NCBI GenBank assembly: GCA_027623195.1
Contig: JAQBUT010000045.1
Location: forward strand, 1-13,271
DNA from: Chloroflexota bacterium
Lineage (GTDB): Bacteria > Chloroflexota > Dehalococcoidia > Lucifugimonadales > JADFKI01
Length of the DNA: 13,271 nt
Direction of reading: 5' to 3'
The position numbers were made by a program, and so were the translations under genes. Below, one piece after another: positions 7,037-13,271 of this stretch. The notes below the pieces were generated by a model that had not been told where the DNA came from, did no database searches, and was given only the letters and a program-made list of their open reading frames with translations. Each line of letters begins with the position of its first letter. Position 1 is the stretch's first letter.

Positions 7037-8032
7037 ATGGCATACAAGGTACTGGTGACCGACTACGTTTGGCCGAATACCGACCCTGAACGCGCCGTGT
7101 TAGCCAAGATAGGCGCCGAGCTTATCGAGGCCCCAGACGCCAGTGAAGACACGCTGGCATCGATGGCGACCGACGTGGACGCTATCCTCACCTGCTTTGC
7201 CCAGGTCACTGAAAAGGTTGTTCGGGCGGCGAAGAAGTGCGTCGTGATAGGGCGCTATGGCGTCGGCTTCGACAACATCGCCGTTGACGTGGCCACGGAG
7301 CTTGGCATGGCGGTGACCTACGTCCCCGACTACTGCGTCGAAGAGGTCTCAGACCATGTGCTGGGCCTGATATATGGATGGAATCGACGCATTCCCCTTT
7401 TCGACAACTCGGTCAAAACCACAGGCTGGGGCAGTGTTACGCTGGACATGCCAATTCTCAGGCTGCGCGGCAAGAAGCTTGGTCTATTGGGATACGGTCG
7501 CATCGGTCGAGCGGTCGCCCAGAAAGCTCAAGCCCTGGGCTTTCAGGTGCTTGCTCACGACCCTTACGTCTCCAACGCCGACCCAGGCGTAAGCATTGTG
7601 GACATGGAGACCGTGCTCAAAGAGTCCGACTTTATCTCTATTCACACTCCTTTGAGCGCCGACACTGAAAAGCTGATCGGGGCGAAGGAGTTGGCTCTAA
7701 TGAAGCCAACCGCATTCCTCGTAAACTGCGCCCGCGGACCGCTGATCGACGAGGAGGCCCTTTACGACGCCCTGAGCAACAAACGAATCGGGGGCGCAGG
7801 CCTGGACGTTCTGGTGGAGGCGCATCCCGCTCCAGACTACAAGTTGCTGAAGTTGGACAACGTTATCATAACGCCCCACGTTGCCTTCTTCTCCCAGGAA
7901 GCTGTGCTGGAGCTAGAAGAGCGCGCCGCTGGAGAGGTGGTGTCAGTGCTGCAAGGCAAGATGCCCGAAAACCTGGTCAACCCTGACGTGCTGACACACC
8001 CCAACCCAAGGCACAGCCTGTCGGTAGGGTGA
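7037..8032 (+). CDS. D-isomer-specific 2-hydroxyacid dehydrogenase (CtBP/SerA-like)
   Basis: RYGVGFDNI, VPDYCVEEVSDH, GYGRIG, LVNCARG, GAGLDV and TPHVAF motifs. AGGAG at 7026-7030 supports ATG 7037 rather than TTG 6989. Confidence 0.92.
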   Translation: MAYKVLVTDYVWPNTDPERAVLAKIGAELIEAPDASEDTLASMATDVDAILTCFAQVTEKVVRAAKKCVVIGRYGVGFDNIAVDVATELGMAVTYVPDYCVEEVSDHVLGLIYGWNRRIPLFDNSVKTTGWGSVTLDMPILRLRGKKLGLLGYGRIGRAVAQKAQALGFQVLAHDPYVSNADPGVSIVDMETVLKESDFISIHTPLSADTEKLIGAKELALMKPTAFLVNCARGPLIDEEALYDALSNKRIGGAGLDVLVEAHPAPDYKLLKLDNVIITPHVAFFSQEAVLELEERAAGEVVSVLQGKMPENLVNPDVLTHPNPRHSLSVG

Positions 8033-8076
8033 GCGCGCGTCTACGAGACAGCCCTAGTAGTCTCCTGGAACGCTTC

Positions 8077-8102
8077 AGATTCCTCGCCTCGGCTCGGAAT
8101 GA
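8077..8102. repeat. REP-like extragenic palindrome between convergent genes
   Basis: AGATTCCTCGCCTCGGCTCGGAATGA is an imperfect hairpin (ATTCC/GGAAT, GCC/GGC). Its reverse complement resembles GTCATTCYGAGC...CGAGGAATCT-type dispersed repeats as I recall them. Only one copy occurs in the window. Confidence 0.5.
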
Positions 8103-8196
8103 GATCGGGGTCGGTGCCATCACATTCCACAATCGTAGGTGGAACTTCGACGTCAGCCTCCCTCCTATAGCCTAGCCCCATTCGAAAAATCTGAAA

Positions 8197-9254
8197 TCAA
8201 GGGTTCATGCGGTAGAGGCGGAACTGCGGATTCTCTACCTCCAGAACGTCGACGCTGCTGAAGCCCGCCTCCGCCGCATATTTGCGGACCGCGGATGGCT
8301 TGATGACCGTACCCGTCTGCACTGAATCAGGGAATCCCATAGCCTGGGGCAGGCAGTGCAACACACTGAAGTTGTAGAACATGTGCCCCATGAAGTTAGT
8401 GTTCTCTTCCAAGGTATCCTCTACAGCCTCGTCGGCGACCAGCACAGCGCCGTTCGGGGCTGCCAGCGCCCTCATGGCCGCAAGAGCCGATACCGGATAA
8501 GGCAGGTCGTGTAGACACTCGAACGCCGTCACCAGATCGTAGGGCCCTTGAACCGACGCATCCTCGACCGTCGTGGAGTGAAAGGTTACCTAATCTGCTA
8601 CGCCCGCCTCTGCTACATGTCTCCGGGCCTCCACTAGGGACAGCTCATCGGGGTCGATGCCATCGACTCTGACATTCGGAAAAGCCCGCGCCACCGCGAT
8701 TGCGGACCAGCCTATGCCGCAGCCAACTTCGGCCACGCGACCTCCGGCCTGTAGCTTGGCCTGGACGTCGGGCATGGCGGGTATCCACGACTCTACGTAA
8801 TCATGAATGAACATGGGCTTCGTCAACAGGCCCTGCCCGTTCACCATGTCGATGCCGTACTCCTCGTAGGGCACGTCTCCCCCGTGCGGAAGGCCTCCAT
8901 TAGTTTTGGCAGGACGCTGGTGAAGCTGGACATCCAGCCAAAAACGCCCATTCCAGAGGCCGTGTGATCGGGATTGGTAAAAACCGTCGCGTGTTCAGGG
9001 GACAGAGAAAATTCGTATGTTGGCGGGGCGTAATCCAGGTATTCACCGGCCGCCATGCACTCCAACCATTCGCACACGTATCTCTCGTTCAGGCCAGTCC
9101 TGGCGGCAAAGGCATTTGCGGTTACAGGCCCGGACTCCACCAGCGCCTTAAACAAGCCCAATCTGTCGCCGATATACATATTAATAATACTCATTCCGCC
9201 GTTGAGTTCTGTAAACAGCCGCTCCTGCAGTGCCTAAATCTTACTGTTGTCCAA
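8197..9254 (-). pseudogene. class I SAM-dependent methyltransferase with N-terminal winged helix (Rv2258c-like), disrupted
   Basis: GGAGG precedes TTG 9254. Motifs IGDRLGLF, ERYVCEWL, VAEVGCGIG, YDLVTAFECLHD and SVLHCLP are present. Lesions: in-frame TAG at 9234-9236, a 1-nt loss in the G5 run at 8879-8883, and in-frame TAG at 8590-8592. This joins three track ORFs into one gene of about 352 aa. Confidence 0.9.
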
Positions 9255-9498
9255 GGCGTGCCTCCAAATATAGGTGTTCCAAGTCATTCAAATGGAATTC
9301 TTGATAGTATAACCTACGTCTTTTGACCCGTTAAATAGCTATTCACCACAAAAACTAGATCACCTTGTACGAATCGTTAATCAACGATCCATCCAAGATC
9401 TGGGCTGGCCTTGCAGCTACGACATAGTCATTCTCAAACCACGGTCCGCCCAGTCACCACAAACGGCAAACCACCGAGCAATGCGTTAAAATGACCAC

Positions 9499-10668
9499 AT
9501 GATGGAAAACGTGATTGTCAAATTTCATGAGCTGGCCCTCAAAGGCAAAAACAGGCCCATGTTCATCCGCAAGCTTGTACAGAACCTCAGACAATCTGTA
9601 CAAGGCACCGGGGTTAAGAAAGTCTGGCGCGGGCACATGCTGGTGGGCATGACGATGGCCGAGGATGCGGACTGGCCGGAGATATCGACGCGCATACGTG
9701 ACTGCTTTGGCGTTGCCAAGTTCTTTCCGGCGCACAAGGTCGGACTGGACCTGAACGAAGTTAAGGAACTGCTCCCATACGAGCTAAGCCAACGTAAGTT
9801 TGATAGCTTTCGCATCACAGCCCATCGCTCCGACAAGCGCTTCCCCACGCACTCCAGCGACATCAATCGCGACCTGGGGGCGTTCGTGCAAGAGAAGACC
9901 GGGGCAGCCGTCAAGCTGAAAAACCCTGACCTGGAGATTTTCCTGGACATCCACCAAGACGGCATCCTGGTCTACTTCGACGAGGTGCAGGGCTACGGCG
10001 GAATGCCGGTGGGCGTCAGCGGCACGACGATGGCACTGCTTTCGGGTGGCATAGACTCGCCGGTGGCCGCGTGGTACATGATGAAGCGGGGCAGCACATC
10101 AAAGTTCGTACACTTCCACAGCCACCCGCTGGTAGACACTTCGTCCATCGAGAAGGCGGAAGAGCTAACGCAAATGCTGACCCGATACCAGTACAACTCA
10201 GAGCTTTACCTGGTGCCCTTTGCCAAAATACAGCAGCAGATAATCGTCTCCGTGCCCCCATCCTATCGCATTGTGCTCTACCGACGCTTTATGGTGCGCA
10301 TCGCCGAGGCGTTGGCTCGAAAGCACGGTGCATCCGCGCTGGTTACGGGCGAGAGCCTGGCGCAGGTGGCTTCGCAAACGCTGGACAACATCACGGTCAT
10401 CGACGATGTGGCTAACATGCCCATCCTACGACCGCTAATCGGCTTCAACAAGGACGAAATCATCGACGTAGCACAGGAGATCGGCACCTACCCGGTCTCC
10501 ATACTGCCGGACCAGGACTGCTGCACGCTATTCGTGCCCAAGCATCCGGTCATCCACGGCAACCTCGGCATGGTTAATAAGCTGGAGGCCGCGCTCCCCG
10601 TCGACGAGATGGTCGCCGAGACCCTGGAACAGGTAAAGCTACGCGAGTTCGTGTTTCCGGAAAATTAA
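9499..10668 (+). CDS. thiI: tRNA 4-thiouridine(8) synthase ThiI (THUMP + PP-loop, no rhodanese domain)
   Basis: ELALKGKNR N-terminus, THUMP region, LLSGGIDSPVA PP-loop, and VTGESLAQVASQT, ILRPLIG and DCC motifs. Confidence 0.95.
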   Translation: MMENVIVKFHELALKGKNRPMFIRKLVQNLRQSVQGTGVKKVWRGHMLVGMTMAEDADWPEISTRIRDCFGVAKFFPAHKVGLDLNEVKELLPYELSQRKFDSFRITAHRSDKRFPTHSSDINRDLGAFVQEKTGAAVKLKNPDLEIFLDIHQDGILVYFDEVQGYGGMPVGVSGTTMALLSGGIDSPVAAWYMMKRGSTSKFVHFHSHPLVDTSSIEKAEELTQMLTRYQYNSELYLVPFAKIQQQIIVSVPPSYRIVLYRRFMVRIAEALARKHGASALVTGESLAQVASQTLDNITVIDDVANMPILRPLIGFNKDEIIDVAQEIGTYPVSILPDQDCCTLFVPKHPVIHGNLGMVNKLEAALPVDEMVAETLEQVKLREFVFPEN

Positions 10669-10721
10669 GCGAAGCAACATCGCTCCTTGGCAAATCCGTT
10701 GTGGCCGGATATCCAAAATCC

Positions 10722-11498
10722 CTAAATCAGCGAGTGGCTTTGGCCGCCGTCGATGACGATGCAGGAGCCGGAGATCAGGCTGGAGCGCTCCGACGCGAGA
10801 AACGCCACCAGATCGCCCAGCGGCTCGGGGTCGCCGAACTTGCCCATGGGCAGGTTGTTTTTGATGAAGTCGTCCACGACCTCTTTCGGCTGGTCCCGCT
10901 GGAACGTCTCCCAGGAGCCACCGTCGTGTGAGATCGAGCCAGGCGCGATGCTGTTTACCAGTACACCGTCCTTGCCCAATGTCTGCGCGGCGTGCTTGGT
11001 GGCCGCTATAAGCGCGGCCTTGGCCGACATATAAGAGATGTTTCCGCCCCACTCCCGACCGTATATAGACGCTATGTTGATGACGCGTCCCCACCCCTGC
11101 TGCCGCATATGCGGTATGGCAAGTTGCATCAGTTCGAAGCCGCCAAACAGGTTTAGATCAAAGGTCGCCCTGTATGCGTCCAGCGACACGGCGGTTATGT
11201 CCTCGCGGGCCTGGGAGCCGCCGGCGTTGTTTACTAAAATGTCGATCTGCCCTAGTCCGTCTACTACCTGGCGGTGCAAAGGCTGGATATCGGACTGCGT
11301 TGCCACGTTTGCAATGATTCCGATGGAGTTCACGCCTTTGGCCTTTAACTCGGCCACCGTCTTGTCCAGCGTATCCTGCGTGCGGCCGCAAATGGCCACG
11401 TTGACGCCCTCCTGGGCCAGGGACAGCGCGGCCTGCCTACCCAATCCACGGCTCCCGCCGGTTACTAGGGCCACCTTGCCTTTAATTCCCAAGTCCAT
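10722..11498 (-). CDS. short-chain dehydrogenase/reductase (SDR)
   Basis: TGGSRGLG, DILVNNAG, YMSAK (YxxxK), VNSIAPG and IDGG motifs. AAGGAGG SD upstream. Confidence 0.95.
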   Translation of the reverse strand: MDLGIKGKVALVTGGSRGLGRQAALSLAQEGVNVAICGRTQDTLDKTVAELKAKGVNSIGIIANVATQSDIQPLHRQVVDGLGQIDILVNNAGGSQAREDITAVSLDAYRATFDLNLFGGFELMQLAIPHMRQQGWGRVINIASIYGREWGGNISYMSAKAALIAATKHAAQTLGKDGVLVNSIAPGSISHDGGSWETFQRDQPKEVVDDFIKNNLPMGKFGDPEPLGDLVAFLASERSSLISGSCIVIDGGQSHSLI

Positions 11499-11580
11499 GA
11501 AACGCCTCCTTCGTATGTCTTATAGATGACGGGCAAAAGATTATCATGTAGCAACACTCACCACAAACACCAGGCCAACC

Positions 11581-11609
11581 TTGACGCAGGAATGCCTCTG
11601 GCCTAACAT
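11581..11609 (+). promoter_or_regulatory. sigma70-type promoter for the PHP-MaoC operon
   Basis: TTGACG (11581-11586), 17-nt spacer, TAACAT (11604-11609), ending 6 nt before TTG 11616. Confidence 0.65.
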
Positions 11610-11615
11610 TCGGTA

Positions 11616-12266
11616 TTGATGTTTCTTGACCTTCATACACATTCAGTGTCCTCCGACGACTCCCGCGCGACCGTGGAACAGTACGTCAAATGGGTGTCGG
11701 TACTGCGGCGCAAGGGCAGCCAGGTGGACGGATTCGTCCTCACCGAGCACCGCCAGTTCGACGGCGATAAGGACTATTCCGGATTATCCGAGGACAACGA
11801 TGTGGTAATCCTTAAAGGGTCTGAGCTGGACACCAACTACGGTCACTTCCTGGTGTACGGTGTGACTCAGGAACTTCTTAATGAGATCGACTTCACCAGG
11901 GTCGGCCTAGACGCCATCGAACTTATGCGAGCCGCAGATGCCCACGGGGCCATTGCGATTCCGGCTCACCCCGGCAGGTTCGGCATAGGGCTGGTAGAGT
12001 ACATAGACAACGGCTCGGACTTCAGCGGCGTTAAGGCCGTGGAGCACCTCAACGGAAGCAACAGACCGGGCGAGCAGGAGCGGGCCGAAGGGTTAATTAG
12101 CCAGCGCGGCTACGCAAGCACCGGCGGCAGCGACGCCCACGTGGTCAGCGCCATCGGAACCTGCATGACCAGCTTCGAAGGTGTGATTACGAATGAGGCC
12201 GATCTGGTCCGAGAACTTCTTTCCAAGAATTTTAAGGCAGTCCACTTAAACGAGGCAAAGGCTTAA
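11616..12266 (+). CDS. PHP domain metal-dependent hydrolase
   Basis: DLHTHS, LTEH, GSE...GHFLVYG, PAHPGR and GGSDAH motifs. The start may instead be ATG 11619. Confidence 0.9.
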   Translation: MMFLDLHTHSVSSDDSRATVEQYVKWVSVLRRKGSQVDGFVLTEHRQFDGDKDYSGLSEDNDVVILKGSELDTNYGHFLVYGVTQELLNEIDFTRVGLDAIELMRAADAHGAIAIPAHPGRFGIGLVEYIDNGSDFSGVKAVEHLNGSNRPGEQERAEGLISQRGYASTGGSDAHVVSAIGTCMTSFEGVITNEADLVRELLSKNFKAVHLNEAKA

Positions 12267-12733
12267 TGACAACCGACGACGAAATAAAGTACGACCGCAG
12301 CCTGTTGGGCGTTTCCAATAAACTGGGGCAATTTCCCGTAACGTCTCAGATGATTCTGGATTTCGCCCAGTCCACTGGTGAGACGAATCCGGTCCACTCC
12401 GACGAAGCCAAAGCCCAAGCGAGCGAGTTCGGAAGCCTGATCGCGCCGCCGACGTTCTGCAACGTGTTCGTTAACGGCCTCACCCGCCCGGACATCAAGC
12501 TGGAGTTTGGCGACATCGGTTTCTTCGCAGGGCAGGCCGTGGAAAGCCTTGCGCCCATCCGGCCCGGCGACACACTGAACGCGTCCACCATGCTGAAAGA
12601 GGTCTACGCCAAGACGGGGCGCTCCGGCACGATGGTTTTCGCCGTGTGGGAGACCAGCTTCACGAACCAGAACGACGACGACGTGGCACGAGTACAGGAG
12701 TCCTACGTCAGAAGGAACAGCAGGGCCAAGTGA
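12266..12733 (+). CDS. MaoC-like hotdog dehydratase, N-terminal/HadA-type subunit
   Basis: FAQSTGETNPVH, LIAPPTF, PIRPGDTL, KTGRSGTMVF and FTNQ motifs. TAATG overlap with the PHP gene. Confidence 0.88.
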   Translation: MTTDDEIKYDRSLLGVSNKLGQFPVTSQMILDFAQSTGETNPVHSDEAKAQASEFGSLIAPPTFCNVFVNGLTRPDIKLEFGDIGFFAGQAVESLAPIRPGDTLNASTMLKEVYAKTGRSGTMVFAVWETSFTNQNDDDVARVQESYVRRNSRAK

Positions 12734-13164
12734 GCAGAGAACTTTACTTCGAAGACGTAGAGATCGGCGACGACATCGGGCCGGTGGAGCGCACAGTAAA
12801 TAAAGACCAGGTGGTTCGCTTCCTAAGCGTTCACCAGGGCCGTGACACGGGTCCAAACCGCTTCACCAGTGAAGAGGCTGCGGAAAAAGAGGGTCTACCC
12901 AACGCTATCGTACCCGGGGCCATGAACATCGCAATGATGTCTACCCTGCTAACGGGCTGGGCCGACACCGCCCGCCTGAAAAAGCTGGACGTGGTCTTCC
13001 GGGGAATGGTCCCCCACAACAAGATCTTAACGCTAGCGGGTATCGTTACCGACAAGAACGTTGTAGACGGCGAGGCCAGGTTGGAGTGCGATGTATTCCT
13101 CCAGAACGACGAGGGCACACGGCTAATAATAGGCAACGCCATAGTGCTGCTGCCGACGAGGTAG
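12730..13164 (+). CDS. MaoC-like hotdog dehydratase, HadB-type subunit
   Basis: GTG 12730 overlaps the upstream TGA (GTGA). LYFEDVEIGD, AEKEGLPNAIVPG and VVFRGMV motifs. The track start at 12646 is an upstream over-extension. Confidence 0.85.
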   Translation: MSRELYFEDVEIGDDIGPVERTVNKDQVVRFLSVHQGRDTGPNRFTSEEAAEKEGLPNAIVPGAMNIAMMSTLLTGWADTARLKKLDVVFRGMVPHNKILTLAGIVTDKNVVDGEARLECDVFLQNDEGTRLIIGNAIVLLPTR

Positions 13165-13271
13165 TAGATAAAGCGCTGTGATACATGAGTCATCCCGAAT
13201 TTGGATGATTCTAGGAAAAGTATAAAAAGAAGGCCTCTCAAGGTAGACTTTGGGTGATGAAACCTGAGTCA

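Noticed and set aside
8590..9236. Genome-wide TAG reassignment
   Set aside because: TAG is the evident natural stop of several intact genes here (2103, 3581, 6938, 13164).
231..13241. Antisense and alternate-frame ORFs in the track (e.g. 766-1185, 863-1351, 2531-3175, 2519-2974, 6437-6925, 11038-11529, 12263-12856)
   Set aside because: They are shadow ORFs overlapping well-supported genes in GC-rich DNA, with no recognisable motifs or initiation signals.

Overview
Bacterial, GC-rich window. The gene content resembles Chloroflexota/Dehalococcoidia (SAR202-like) genomes, but that is an impression and cannot be proven from the sequence. The left half (105-6938, + strand) is a cobalamin-dependent methyl-transfer cluster. 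It encodes a Virulence_fact-like small protein, a stand-alone homocysteine S-methyltransferase, an unknown two-repeat CGxxH protein, an MtaA/CmuA-family methyltransferase, a corrinoid protein, a small 4-Cys protein, an SRPBCC protein and a 2Fe-2S/ASKHA (RACo-type) corrinoid reactivase. Two toxin-less antitoxin genes interrupt the cluster: a DUF433 gene and a frameshifted HicB-like gene missing from the ORF track. The cluster has two Zn/thiol-activating methyltransferases around one corrinoid protein and no pterin-binding or classic MT1 subunit in the window. This suggests a folate-independent shuttle from a methyl donor to homocysteine. The DUF433 protein and the protein upstream of it end in the same hexapeptide LGFSQT, written with mostly different synonymous codons. 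The right half holds a D-2-hydroxyacid dehydrogenase, a REP-like palindrome, a SAM methyltransferase pseudogene with three lesions, thiI, an SDR, and a PHP plus MaoC-pair operon. Three genes look leaderless.
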